Assembly (NCBI GenBank): GCA_013329055.1
Contig: DUKY01000015.1
Coordinates: 2,339 to 66,338 of the forward strand
From: Nanobdellota archaeon
GTDB lineage: Archaea; Nanobdellota; Nanobdellia; Pacearchaeales; GW2011-AR1
Length of the DNA: 64,000 nucleotides
Reading direction: 5' to 3'
Part shown: piece by piece, positions 29,831 to 40,103 of the stretch
Numbering within the stretch: position 1 is the stretch's first letter
Layout of the letters: every line of letters starts with the position of its first letter
Made by a program: the position numbers and the translations under genes
Notes under the pieces: model-generated
Databases searched by the model: none
Told to the model about the DNA's origin: nothing
Seen by the model: only the letters and a program-made list of their open reading frames with translations

Positions 29831-31129
29831 ATGAAAAAAAGAATTTTATTAATTGATCCCCCTTTTCAAAAGTTTATGAATTTTTCTAAAAATGGCATTC
29901 CAATAGGATTACTTTCTTTAGCAGGAGAGTTAAAATCTAAAGGTAATATTGTGAATGTATTTGATGCCGATTATAATCCAAAAGGCAATCCTTATCCTTT
30001 TATTGCAAAATTAAATCATTATGATGAATATTTAAGTGGGATTAATAATTTAGATCACGTTATTTGGAAAGATATAGAATCACAAATAAAATCCTATAAT
30101 CCGGAGGTAGTTGGAATTTCTCTTATTTCAACAAAATTAAAAAGTGGATTAATTGTTGCTAAAATTGCTAAAGATTTAGGTGTACAAAGAATAATCGCTG
30201 GCGGTCCGCATGTAACAATTTATCCCGAAGATGCCTTTGGAGAAGATAGTTGTATTGACAGTGTTATTCAAGGTGAAGGAGAAAATGTTTTTGAAAAAGC
30301 TTTAACTGAAAAAATTGTTAAGGCAGAAAGAATAAAAGATATTAAAAAATTGGCTTGGCCTGCCAGAGAATCTCTTATTAATTTAAAAGATTATTTACCC
30401 AATGATTTGGGGTTTGTAATGAGCTCCCGTGGTTGCCCTGGTTCTTGCAATTTTTGTTGTTCAGAAAGTTTATGGGGCAGGTCTATACGTTTTAGAGAGA
30501 TTGATGATGTTTTAAATGAAATGGATTCTATTCATAAAAATTATGGGACTCAAAAGTTTTATTTGGTTGATGATACTTTCACACTAAATCGTAAAAGAGT
30601 AGAAAATTTTTGTGAAGGCATACAAAAAAGAAATTATAAATGGAGTTGTTTGACAAGGGTTGATAGGTTGAACGAGAATATGCTTGAAAAGATGTCTCAA
30701 TCTGGTTGTTCTATGGTAAAAGTTGGTATTGAAAGTGGAAGTCAAAAAGTTTTGGATTTAATGAATAAAGAAATTAATCTTACCCAAATAAAAAGAGCAG
30801 CAAATTTATTAAATAAGTTTTCTATGCCTTGGTTGGCTTATATCATGGTTGGTGTTCCTGATGAAACTTCTGAGGATGTGGATAAAACGATTCAATTAAT
30901 TGATGAGATTCGACCTTCATATGTTAGTGCCGCAATCTATACCCCTTATCCTGGGACTAAATTTTCCAAAAAGAACAAAGTAATTGATTTTGCAAGAGAA
31001 GAGGCAAATCACCATAGTTTAAAAGTTTTAGCTGGAAATGTCCCAAGAGAAAAAATAATTGAATTTATGGAGTTTGCGGATAAATATAATTCAAATTCTA
31101 AACCTGCTAAAATAATCTATAAATGTTAA
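29831..31129 (+). CDS. B12-binding-domain radical SAM enzyme (rSAM-D)
   Basis: MKKRILLIDPP..., IAGGPHVT, SSRGCPGSCNFCCSE (CxxxCxxC), GIESGSQ. Confidence 0.8.
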   Translation: MKKRILLIDPPFQKFMNFSKNGIPIGLLSLAGELKSKGNIVNVFDADYNPKGNPYPFIAKLNHYDEYLSGINNLDHVIWKDIESQIKSYNPEVVGISLISTKLKSGLIVAKIAKDLGVQRIIAGGPHVTIYPEDAFGEDSCIDSVIQGEGENVFEKALTEKIVKAERIKDIKKLAWPARESLINLKDYLPNDLGFVMSSRGCPGSCNFCCSESLWGRSIRFREIDDVLNEMDSIHKNYGTQKFYLVDDTFTLNRKRVENFCEGIQKRNYKWSCLTRVDRLNENMLEKMSQSGCSMVKVGIESGSQKVLDLMNKEINLTQIKRAANLLNKFSMPWLAYIMVGVPDETSEDVDKTIQLIDEIRPSYVSAAIYTPYPGTKFSKKNKVIDFAREEANHHSLKVLAGNVPREKIIEFMEFADKYNSNSKPAKIIYKC

Positions 31130-31210
31130 TTTATTTATTCAATAAATTTAAAAATTTTAAAAATAATTATAATCTATTATAAAAAAGAATGAAGGAAATT
31201 TTCAATTAAA

Positions 31211-32095
31211 ATGATCCTTAAAAATTTTGAGATACATATTGTGCACTATGAATTATTAAAAGAAAGAAGAAGTTATTTAGAAAAACGGTTAAAATATTTT
31301 GGTTTAGAAAAATTTTGTTTTTGGCATATCCAAAAAATAAATCAGGATTTTTCAAATCTTAAAAAAAAATATTATAAATTTGATAAAGATATTTGGACGG
31401 AAAGAATTAAATTTTCTCATGATAAAATTACTCCTTCTATTATGCCTCGTGAATTATCGCATGGTGATATGAAACTCGGAATTAATGAACTAAAGCTTTT
31501 TGATTTTCTTGCAGAAAGAAAAGGGAATAATATCTATCTTATTTTAGAAGATGATGTAATTTTGGAAGAAAATTTTTTAGACAAACTAAAAAAAATATTA
31601 AGAATTTTACCCAAAGATTTTGATATTGCTTATACTGATTTTGGTGTAAATGATGCAAAAAAATATTTATCTGTAGATAATCTTCAATTTAAAAAATTAG
31701 ATAAAAATCATAAAAAAACAAGAACTACTGCATCATTTTTTATAAATTCGAAATCTGCGAAAAAATTTTCCAGGGATATAAAACCTTTTACACTCCCTTT
31801 AGACCATGAATTAAGATACTGGGAAGTAAAAAAGAATTACAATACTTATTGGTTAAATGGTTATTTAACTTATCAAGGGACTATTTATGGAGATATTTAT
31901 CCCAGTTCATTATTTCCAACAAGAGTTAAAGAATATTATCAGAGAATTCCTTTTTATAAAAAAATTATTTTAGATTTTATTAAAAATACTGAAGCAAAAA
32001 GGTTTAATAAATCAATTTTCAGTAAAATTCAAGTTAATTTGTTAGATTTATTGATATTTTTAAAGAATTCTATCCATGTATTGGATAAGAGATAA
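31211..32095 (+). CDS. Putative glycosyltransferase, GT25-like
   Basis: The N-terminal IHIVHYELLKERRSYLEKRL, the ELSHGDMKLGINE segment and LILEDDVILEENF resemble GT25 (LPS glycosyltransferase) motifs. Confidence 0.45.
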   Translation: MILKNFEIHIVHYELLKERRSYLEKRLKYFGLEKFCFWHIQKINQDFSNLKKKYYKFDKDIWTERIKFSHDKITPSIMPRELSHGDMKLGINELKLFDFLAERKGNNIYLILEDDVILEENFLDKLKKILRILPKDFDIAYTDFGVNDAKKYLSVDNLQFKKLDKNHKKTRTTASFFINSKSAKKFSRDIKPFTLPLDHELRYWEVKKNYNTYWLNGYLTYQGTIYGDIYPSSLFPTRVKEYYQRIPFYKKIILDFIKNTEAKRFNKSIFSKIQVNLLDLLIFLKNSIHVLDKR

Positions 32096-32126
32096 AATTA
32101 AAAAGTAATTTTTATAAAGTTTATTT

Positions 32127-33068
32127 ATGGAATTTAAAGTGAAAAAGATTATCTTAAAAACAGATAAGGATTTTTTTATTGTTTTATCTAAAAAAAAATT
32201 AGAAAAATTTCTCTTTTTGACTTCTATTGATTTTAAAAAGAAGGCTTTTTCATCAATTTTTTTAAATCCTTTTTATTTTTTTGATATTTTAATTATTTTT
32301 ACTAAGAGCGTTATTAGAAAAGTATTTGGGGTAAAACCGGCTCTTTCTGAATATTCTTTAATGAAAAGAATAAGCAGTACACCTTATTTTGATAAAATTA
32401 TTGAATTAAATTTAATTTTTAATGATAGTCAAAAAGTTAACTTCAATATGAATAATTTTCATTTATTTAATCTCACGGGGGATATAATTGGAATTTTTGT
32501 AAAAAATCAGTATAACATTAATTCTGAGAAGATTAAAGGAAAGATTATCTTAGATTGTGGTGCACATCATGGGGCATTTTCATTTTTATGCATTTTACTT
32601 GGAGCTAAGAAAGTTTATTCTTTTGAACCCCTCTCTAAAACTTTTGAAATTTTAAATGAGAATATTAAATTGAATAAATTTGAAAAAAATATTTTATCTT
32701 TCAAAAATGCTATTGGAAATGAAAGCTCTTCTGAAAAAATTTTTTTTGACAATATTGCCGATGGTTCTGCTTCCTTAAATAAAGTTCATGGTAAATTTGA
32801 ATTAGTTAAAGTTATTGGACTGGATGATTTTATTAAAAAAAATAATCTAAAGGATGTTGGTTTGATTAAGATGGATATAGAAGGAAATGAAGAAAAAGCT
32901 CTTTTAGGGGCAAAAAATTTAATTCATAAAGATAAACCGATATTAACATTGTCTGCATATCATAAAGCTGATGATAAAATTGTTTTACCTCGTGTTATCA
33001 AATCTCTCAATAAAAATTATAAAATTAAACTCCTTAATCGTTTTGAAGAAGATTTTTATTGTGAATAA
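32127..33068 (+). CDS. FkbM-family methyltransferase
   Basis: ILDCGAHHGAFS ... IKMDIEGNEEKAL. An N-terminal hydrophobic stretch suggests membrane association. Confidence 0.7.
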   Translation: MEFKVKKIILKTDKDFFIVLSKKKLEKFLFLTSIDFKKKAFSSIFLNPFYFFDILIIFTKSVIRKVFGVKPALSEYSLMKRISSTPYFDKIIELNLIFNDSQKVNFNMNNFHLFNLTGDIIGIFVKNQYNINSEKIKGKIILDCGAHHGAFSFLCILLGAKKVYSFEPLSKTFEILNENIKLNKFEKNILSFKNAIGNESSSEKIFFDNIADGSASLNKVHGKFELVKVIGLDDFIKKNNLKDVGLIKMDIEGNEEKALLGAKNLIHKDKPILTLSAYHKADDKIVLPRVIKSLNKNYKIKLLNRFEEDFYCE

Positions 33069-33123
33069 ATTCTCCGAAATTTATTCTAAAAACCCTTAAA
33101 AATCCCTTTCTCTTCTCTTATTC

Positions 33124-34911
33124 ATGTGCGGAATAAATGGTTTTAATTTTATCAATAAGCCTCTCTTAAAGCAAATGAATTATTCAATCGCTCATAGGGG
33201 TCCTGATGCAGAAGGTTCTTTTTTTGATAAAAATATTTCTTTAGGGCATAGGCGTTTAGCAATTATTGATTTATCTCAAAATGGGGCACAACCAATGACT
33301 TATATTCATAAAAAAAATAAAGTCACAATAACATTTAATGGAGAGATTTATAATTTTCAAGAGATAAAGGAAGAATTGGTAAAATTAGGATATAAATTTA
33401 AATCTAATTCTGATACTGAAATAATATTGGCTTCATATCTTGAATGGGGAAAAGATTGTGTTAAAAAATTCAATGGAATGTGGGCATTTTGTATTTATGA
33501 TCCTCAAAAACAAATTTTATTCTTATCTCGTGATAGAGTAGGAAAAAAACCCCTATATTATTATTTTGATAAAAATAAATTTATTTTTTCTTCAGAAATA
33601 AAAGGAATATTAAAACACAAAATAAAATTTGAATTAAATAAAGATGCAATTGATTTATATTTTTCATTAGGATTTATTCCAGCACCTTATTCGATTTATA
33701 AAAATATAAATAAATTAGAACAACGACAATCTTTAATCTATAATCTTAAAACAAATAATTTAGAAAAAGAATATTATTATGAATGGCCAAATTATAACCC
33801 CCAAAAAAAGAATTTTAAACAAGAATTTTATAACTTAATTAAAGACTCAACTAAATTGAGAATGATCTCTGATGTTCCTTTAGGGGCATTTCTTTCAGGA
33901 GGACTCGATTCTTCAACAATAGTAAATTTTGCACAAATGTTTAATAAAAATATTAATACTTATTCAATTGGTTTTGAAGGAAAATATGATGAAACTCCTT
34001 ATATAAATATCACAAAAAATCATTTTAAAACAAATCATCATCATAAATATTATACTGAAAAAGATTTTAAAAATCAATTAAAAGAAATCTTTTATTATTT
34101 TGATGAGCCTTTTTCGGATTCTTCAATGTTTCCGACGGAATTTCTAACAAAATTCGCAAGGGAAGAATTAACTGTATCTTTAAGTGGAGATGGTGGTGAT
34201 GAAGTTTTTGGTGGTTATCCGAGATATAAATATGCACTACAATTAACAATTTTAAGAAAAATGCCTAAATCAATTAGAAAATTATTAATGTTTATACCCT
34301 ATTCAAAATTAAAAGAAGGTTTAAAATTAAGTTTACTCTCAAAAGAATCATTTTATTCCGAAGCTAGAACAGATTTTTTTAAGCCTCAAATTACAAGGGA
34401 AATTTTAGAAAAAAGATTAAAAAAATGTTTAGAAAAGACAAATAATGATTTAATTCAAGCAGTAAGATTAATGGATATTGAATTTTATACCCTGCCAGAT
34501 AATTTTTTAACAAAAGTTGACAGAGCTTCAATGGCAAATGCTATGGAAATAAGATGCCCTTTCCTAGATTATCGATTAATTGAACTTTCAATGCAATCCC
34601 CCTCAAAAAATATTGTCTCAATGTTTAATGAAAAAAATTTATTTCGTGAAATAATAAAAGATTTTTTACCGTCAAGAATAATAAATAAGAAAAAACAAGG
34701 ATTCACTCCACCGATAAATGATTGGATAACAAAACCAGAATATAAAAAAGAACTTGAAAAAAGCTTAGAAGAATTAAAAGAAATATTGCCAAAAGAATGG
34801 ATTCAATTTTATCCCGCTAAAATTTTTCCGACAAACTCTTTAGTGCATAATAATTATAAAATTAGATTATATCTGTTTTATAGATGGTATAAATACTGGA
34901 ATAAAAATTAA
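33124..34911 (+). CDS. asnB: Asparagine synthase (glutamine-hydrolysing)-family amidotransferase
   Basis: MCGI N-terminal nucleophile Cys2, HRGPD, and FLSGGLDSS (PP-loop). Confidence 0.8.
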   Translation: MCGINGFNFINKPLLKQMNYSIAHRGPDAEGSFFDKNISLGHRRLAIIDLSQNGAQPMTYIHKKNKVTITFNGEIYNFQEIKEELVKLGYKFKSNSDTEIILASYLEWGKDCVKKFNGMWAFCIYDPQKQILFLSRDRVGKKPLYYYFDKNKFIFSSEIKGILKHKIKFELNKDAIDLYFSLGFIPAPYSIYKNINKLEQRQSLIYNLKTNNLEKEYYYEWPNYNPQKKNFKQEFYNLIKDSTKLRMISDVPLGAFLSGGLDSSTIVNFAQMFNKNINTYSIGFEGKYDETPYINITKNHFKTNHHHKYYTEKDFKNQLKEIFYYFDEPFSDSSMFPTEFLTKFAREELTVSLSGDGGDEVFGGYPRYKYALQLTILRKMPKSIRKLLMFIPYSKLKEGLKLSLLSKESFYSEARTDFFKPQITREILEKRLKKCLEKTNNDLIQAVRLMDIEFYTLPDNFLTKVDRASMANAMEIRCPFLDYRLIELSMQSPSKNIVSMFNEKNLFREIIKDFLPSRIINKKKQGFTPPINDWITKPEYKKELEKSLEELKEILPKEWIQFYPAKIFPTNSLVHNNYKIRLYLFYRWYKYWNKN

Positions 34912-35039
34912 AATAATTATTAGTATTGCATAATCAAAGAAATCTTAGTTAATTAAAATCCCCCTAAGAGCGAAATAAACTAATTAAGATAAACTTTTCT
35001 TTACATATATAAACAAAAGTTTACAAACTTTAATTATTA

Positions 35040-36146
35040 TTAAACTTTCTCAATAATCTTCAAAAATTCTGTTTTATATTTTTGAATTTCATATTCTTGT
35101 AAAAATCTTTCTCGTCCTTCATAACCCATTTTTTCTCTTAGTTTTGTATCCTGTAACTTTTCTAAATAATCTGCAATCTCTTGAACAGTATTTTTTTTAA
35201 GTATAAAACCCGTTTTATTATGTTGAATTATTGTTGGTATTGCTGCAATTCCATTAGCAATAACAGGTAAACCAAACATCATTGCTTCAATGATTACTCT
35301 CCCGAAAGTTTCTAATTTATATTCTGTAGGAAAAACTAAAACATTTGAATTTTCAAGGAATTTTTCTTTTTCTTTTCCAACTTTTTTACCTAAATATTTA
35401 ACTTCTTTTTTTAAATCATGTTCTTTTATAATAGAATTAAATTTTTTTTCGTCTTCTTTTCTTGTCCAAGCCCCAATAAAATTCCCTTTAAATTTAATCT
35501 TTTTATTTTTTAGAATTCTACAAGCTAAAAGTAATTTTAACCAACCCTTACTTTCATCCATGTTTGATAAGAACAAAATCTCTAAAGATTCTTTTTCTTT
35601 TCTTTTCTTTAATATCTTATCAATTTCTTTTTGAGTCAATTCGTTTTTAATTGCATTCGGTAAAACATAAATGTTTTTTTTATCAATTAAATTATGTAAA
35701 TCTTCAACTAATGATTTATCTAAAACAATTGCTTTTTTTCCTTTAAGCATTTCAATAAGTATCTTTTTATTTTTATCCCAAGATTCTTCAGTAATTCTGC
35801 TTCGAATATGAAATATAACTTTTTTACCTGAGAATTTTTTTATTTGTTTTACAAAATAAGAATCTCTAATTAATCCTAAACCAGATGTGGCAGGAACAAA
35901 ATAAATAATATCTGGTTGAAATTCTCCAATTAACTTTTTAATCTGTTTTTTAACGATAAAGAATCCTTTAATTTTATCTAAATTAAAATGTCCAACATCT
36001 TTGACATTTTTAGAATAATTTAATTTAATATTTTTAACTTCAAATTTATTTGATTTTTGCAATATTTCTAAACACATTTGACTTGACATTGCACTTCCAT
36101 AATGTGGGGGTGGAAGCGGACTTAAAAATAATATTTTTTCATTCAT
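35040..36146 (-). CDS. Glycosyltransferase family 4 (GT-B)
   Basis: VLVFPTEYKLETFGRVIIEAMMFGLPVIAN. Confidence 0.75.
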   Translation of the reverse strand: MNEKILFLSPLPPPHYGSAMSSQMCLEILQKSNKFEVKNIKLNYSKNVKDVGHFNLDKIKGFFIVKKQIKKLIGEFQPDIIYFVPATSGLGLIRDSYFVKQIKKFSGKKVIFHIRSRITEESWDKNKKILIEMLKGKKAIVLDKSLVEDLHNLIDKKNIYVLPNAIKNELTQKEIDKILKKRKEKESLEILFLSNMDESKGWLKLLLACRILKNKKIKFKGNFIGAWTRKEDEKKFNSIIKEHDLKKEVKYLGKKVGKEKEKFLENSNVLVFPTEYKLETFGRVIIEAMMFGLPVIANGIAAIPTIIQHNKTGFILKKNTVQEIADYLEKLQDTKLREKMGYEGRERFLQEYEIQKYKTEFLKIIEKV

Positions 36147-36832
36147 TCTAATTTTATCCCTTTAAGGTATTTTAATCCAATAAAACTTTTTTTAATTTTC
36201 TTAAAAGCTCTTTTTGGATTAGTAATCCCTAAATAAACTGATTCTACTCCCATATTTTGCAAAATATTAGGGCATTCTTTTTTTCTTTTAAGTAAAAAAT
36301 CCAATGCTGCACCAACATTAAAAATTTTATTAACTTTAATAGAATTAAAAATTTGATTTGCAAGAATTTCCTGTTTAGGGTTCCCAACACAAATCCATAA
36401 ATAATCTGTTTTAAAATTATTTATCTTTTGAATCATTTTTATTTTTTCTTTATTTGAAAATTCCATTTCTTTAATGAAAGGGGGATTATATGCCCAAATC
36501 TTTTTCTTTGGAATTTTTGTTACTTTTGATAATCGTTCAATTTCTGAAATTTCAAGTCCAATAAAAAAATGTTTTTTATCTCTTGCGAAATCATCTTGTA
36601 AAAAATTTCTTGTAAAACTTGGACCCCTTTCTTGTAAAATTTTAAGTTTTTTAGCAACAGGTTTGCCATCTGGAAAATTTAAATTATTTTTAGAATTTAT
36701 GCTTTTTTGAAAAAGTTTATTATTATTAAAAAGCCAAAGACTATACAGATTTAAAAAATTAAAAATTTTCTTTTTTCCAAATTTTGCTTCTATTAAAGGA
36801 TTTTTTTTTGTAAAAACTAATTTATTTAACAT
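36143..36832 (-). CDS. WecB/TagA/CpsF-family glycosyltransferase (GT26)
   Basis: NFPDGKPV..., YLWICVGNPKQEILANQI. 4-nt overlap with the downstream GT4. Confidence 0.7.
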   Translation of the reverse strand: MLNKLVFTKKNPLIEAKFGKKKIFNFLNLYSLWLFNNNKLFQKSINSKNNLNFPDGKPVAKKLKILQERGPSFTRNFLQDDFARDKKHFFIGLEISEIERLSKVTKIPKKKIWAYNPPFIKEMEFSNKEKIKMIQKINNFKTDYLWICVGNPKQEILANQIFNSIKVNKIFNVGAALDFLLKRKKECPNILQNMGVESVYLGITNPKRAFKKIKKSFIGLKYLKGIKLE

Positions 36833-36882
36833 CTCTTTTTTAATGTAAATAATTATAAAAATCTATTTGTTTTAATATTTAA

Positions 36883-37938
36883 ATGAAAAAAGCATTAATT
36901 ACCGGTATTACCGGGCAAGATGGCTCTTACCTCGCAGAATTGCTTTTAGAAAAGGGATATGAAGTTCATGGACTTATTAGAAGATCTGCATCTATTAACA
37001 CATGGAGAATTGAGCATTTATATAATGATAAAAATATATTAGATAAAAAACTTTTTTTACATTACGGAGATTTAACTGATGCAATCTCTTTAACAAATTT
37101 ATTGCAAAAAATTCAACCTGATGAAATTTATAATTTAGCCGCTCAAAGCCATGTAAAAATTTCTTTTGAAATCCCTGAAATTACTGCTAACATTGATGCT
37201 TTAGGAACATTAAAATTATTAGAAGCAATAAAAATTTTAGGCTTAGAAAAAAAGACTAAATTATATCAAGCTTCTACTTCAGAATTATATGGAAAAGTTT
37301 TAGAAATCCCTCAATCTGAAAAAACTCCTTTTTATCCTCGAAGTCCTTATGGTGTAGCAAAATTATATGGATTTTGGATAATAAAAAATTATAGAGAAGC
37401 ATACAATTTATTTGCTTGTAATGGAATCTTATTTAATCATGAAAGTGAAAGAAGAGGATTTAATTTTGTAACAAGAAAAATAACTTTAGGGTTGTCAAAA
37501 ATTAAATTAGGTAAGCAGGATTTTTTAGAATTAGGTAATTTAGATTCAAAAAGAGATTGGGGGCATGCAAAAGAATATGTAAAAGCAATGTGGCTAATGT
37601 TACAGCAAGAAAAACCACAAGATTTTGTGATTGCGACAGGAGAAACTCATAGTGTTAGAGAATTTATTGAAGTTTGCTGCAAAGAGCTTAAAATCGATTT
37701 AGAATGGTCTGGAAAAGAGATAAATGAGGTTGGTATAGACAAGAATACTAAAAAAATAATTATAAAAATAAATCCTAAATATTTTAGACCTACAGAAGTA
37801 GACATATTAATCGGGAATCCAACAAAAGCAAAAGAAGAATTAGGTTGGGTTGCTAAAACCAAATTTGAAGAATTAGCAAGATTAATGATAAAGCATGATT
37901 ATAATTTAATTAAAGAAAATAAGGGGATTTTATATTAA
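36883..37938 (+). CDS. gmd: GDP-mannose 4,6-dehydratase
   Basis: [54 protein letters not shown]. Confidence 0.9.
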   Translation: MKKALITGITGQDGSYLAELLLEKGYEVHGLIRRSASINTWRIEHLYNDKNILDKKLFLHYGDLTDAISLTNLLQKIQPDEIYNLAAQSHVKISFEIPEITANIDALGTLKLLEAIKILGLEKKTKLYQASTSELYGKVLEIPQSEKTPFYPRSPYGVAKLYGFWIIKNYREAYNLFACNGILFNHESERRGFNFVTRKITLGLSKIKLGKQDFLELGNLDSKRDWGHAKEYVKAMWLMLQQEKPQDFVIATGETHSVREFIEVCCKELKIDLEWSGKEINEVGIDKNTKKIIIKINPKYFRPTEVDILIGNPTKAKEELGWVAKTKFEELARLMIKHDYNLIKENKGILY

Positions 37939-37939
37939 A

Positions 37940-38881
37940 ATGGAAAAAGATTCAAAAATTTTAATCTTAGGAGGAAATGGTCTTTTAGGAAGTGCAATTA
38001 ATCGGGAATTAAAAAAACACAATTATCAAAATATTTTATCTCCCAGAAGCAAAGAAGTTAATCTTTTGAATAAAAATTCTATTGATAATTTATTGAAATC
38101 TGAAAAACCTGATAATCTTTTTATGGTTGCAGGATTAGTTGGTGGGATAATGGGCAATAAAAAAAGACAAGCAGATTTTTTATATCAAAATTCAATTATG
38201 ATACTTAATTTGCTTGAATCAGCAAAAGAAAATTCTTTAGGGTCTAAAATCCTTTATACCGGTTCATCATGCATTTATCCTAAAATTAATCCTCAGCCAA
38301 TAAAAGAAGAACGATTTATGAAAGGAGAACTTGAAGAAACTAATAAAGGCTATGCTGTCGCAAAAGGCATGGGAATTGTTGCATGCCAATTATATCGTGA
38401 GCAATATGGTATTGATGCAAATTGTGCAATGCCAACAAATCTTTATGGTTTAAAAGACACTTATGATTTAGAAAATGGGCATATGATTCCAGGATTAATT
38501 AAAAAATTTTTACTTGCAAAAAGAGATGGAACTGATATAACCCTCTGGGGTACAGGAAATCCTCGAAGAGAAGCACTTTACTCAGAAGATTGTGCAGATG
38601 CATTAATTTATTTAATGAAAAATTATTCCTCTCCGGAAATTGTGAATATTGGAACAGGATTTGACTATTCTATTAAAGAATTTGCTGAAATATTAAAAAA
38701 AGAATTGAAGATTAATATTAATCTTAAATGGGATTTATCAAAACCAGATGGCACTTTTGAAAAAAGAACAGATATTTCAAGATTAAAAAATATTTATCCG
38801 GAATTTTCCCCCAGAAGTTTTGAAAAGGGTTTAAGTGAAATAATAAATAACAAAGATGAATTAAAAAGAATTTTAGGTTAA
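37940..38881 (+). CDS. fcl: GDP-L-fucose synthase (GDP-4-keto-6-deoxymannose 3,5-epimerase/4-reductase)
   Basis: ILILGGNGLLGSAI, GSSCIYPK, YAVAKGMG. Lies immediately downstream of gmd. 313 aa. Confidence 0.8.
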   Translation: MEKDSKILILGGNGLLGSAINRELKKHNYQNILSPRSKEVNLLNKNSIDNLLKSEKPDNLFMVAGLVGGIMGNKKRQADFLYQNSIMILNLLESAKENSLGSKILYTGSSCIYPKINPQPIKEERFMKGELEETNKGYAVAKGMGIVACQLYREQYGIDANCAMPTNLYGLKDTYDLENGHMIPGLIKKFLLAKRDGTDITLWGTGNPRREALYSEDCADALIYLMKNYSSPEIVNIGTGFDYSIKEFAEILKKELKININLKWDLSKPDGTFEKRTDISRLKNIYPEFSPRSFEKGLSEIINNKDELKRILG

Positions 38882-39459
38882 TTTTTAATCCTTTTTTCAA
38901 ATAATTCTTTTTCGAATAATTCGCAGATTACATGAATTACAAAAATATGCATCTCCTGTATTCTTGGGGTATTTTTTGAGGGGATGATAATGTTATAATC
39001 ACATAATTTTCCCATTTTACCCCCATTATTGCCTAATAATCCAATTGTGATTATTTTGTTTTTTTTAGCTTCTTCTAATGCGGTAATCAAATTTTCAGAA
39101 TTTCCGGATGTTGAAATAGCAATAAATATATCCCCTGGTTCTCCCTGAGCTTCAATTTGTCTCCTAAAAACATGTTCATATCCATAATCATTTCCAATAG
39201 CAGTAAGAATAGATGTATTCGTTGTTAATGCAATTCCCGGCAATCCTTTTCTTTCCATTTTGTATTTACCTACAATTTCTGCGATAAAGTGTTGAGCATC
39301 TGCCGCAGAACCCCCGTTTCCAGCAACTAAAAGTTTATTTCCTCTTTTATATGCATTAATGAGTAACTGACTAACTTGGTGTATTGAATCTATCTCCTGA
39401 AATAATTCTTTTTTAACCTTTAAAGACTCTTGAATCGACTTATTAATTATGTCATCCAT
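38878..39459 (-). CDS. gmhA: D-sedoheptulose-7-phosphate isomerase (SIS domain)
   Basis: GNGGSAADAQHFIAEIVGKY, ISTSGNSENL. 193 aa. Confidence 0.85.
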   Translation of the reverse strand: MDDIINKSIQESLKVKKELFQEIDSIHQVSQLLINAYKRGNKLLVAGNGGSAADAQHFIAEIVGKYKMERKGLPGIALTTNTSILTAIGNDYGYEHVFRRQIEAQGEPGDIFIAISTSGNSENLITALEEAKKNKIITIGLLGNNGGKMGKLCDYNIIIPSKNTPRIQEMHIFVIHVICELFEKELFEKRIKN

Positions 39460-39569
39460 AAAAAATAATATATTTTTTCAATTAATAAAGTTTGTCCAAA
39501 AATTTTTACTCCTCGACATCAATGAAAATTATTAGAAAATCTTTTAAAATTGATATTTCTTATCACTTT

Positions 39570-40103
39570 ATGAAAAAAGCAATTTTTTTGGATAGAGATG
39601 GAGTAATAAATAAAAAAGCAATTGAAGGAGAATATATCTCTTCATTTAATGAATTTGAATTTTTACCCGGGGTTTTGGAAAGTTTGAAAAAAGTTCCTAA
39701 AACAGATTATTTATTAATTATTGTTACAAATCAAAGAGGTATTGCAAGAAAAAAGATTTCTATAAATGATTTAGAATTAATTCATAATAAAATGTTAAAT
39801 GAAATGGATAAATATGGAATAAATATTGATAAGATTTATTTTTGTCCACATAATTATGGTGAATGTAAATGTAGAAAACCTGATGTTGGAATGATTGAGA
39901 TGGCAGAAAAAGATTTTAAGATTGATATGGAAAATAGTTGGATGATAGGGGATTCTTTATCTGATATTGAATTAGGAATAAAAAAAAGATTACAAACTGT
40001 TTATCTGGGAAATAATTTGGAAACAAAGATGATATCTAATTATAGTTTTGATAATTTATCTAACGCAATTGATTTAATATTATCTCTTTCTAAAAAATAT
40101 TAA
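39570..40103 (+). CDS. gmhB: D,D-heptose 1,7-bisphosphate phosphatase (HAD IIIA). Start moved to MKKAIFLDRDG.
   Basis: FLDRDGVIN, VTNQ.GI, the Zn-finger-like CPHNYGECKCRKP, and GDSLSD. Confidence 0.8.
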   Translation: MKKAIFLDRDGVINKKAIEGEYISSFNEFEFLPGVLESLKKVPKTDYLLIIVTNQRGIARKKISINDLELIHNKMLNEMDKYGINIDKIYFCPHNYGECKCRKPDVGMIEMAEKDFKIDMENSWMIGDSLSDIELGIKKRLQTVYLGNNLETKMISNYSFDNLSNAIDLILSLSKKY

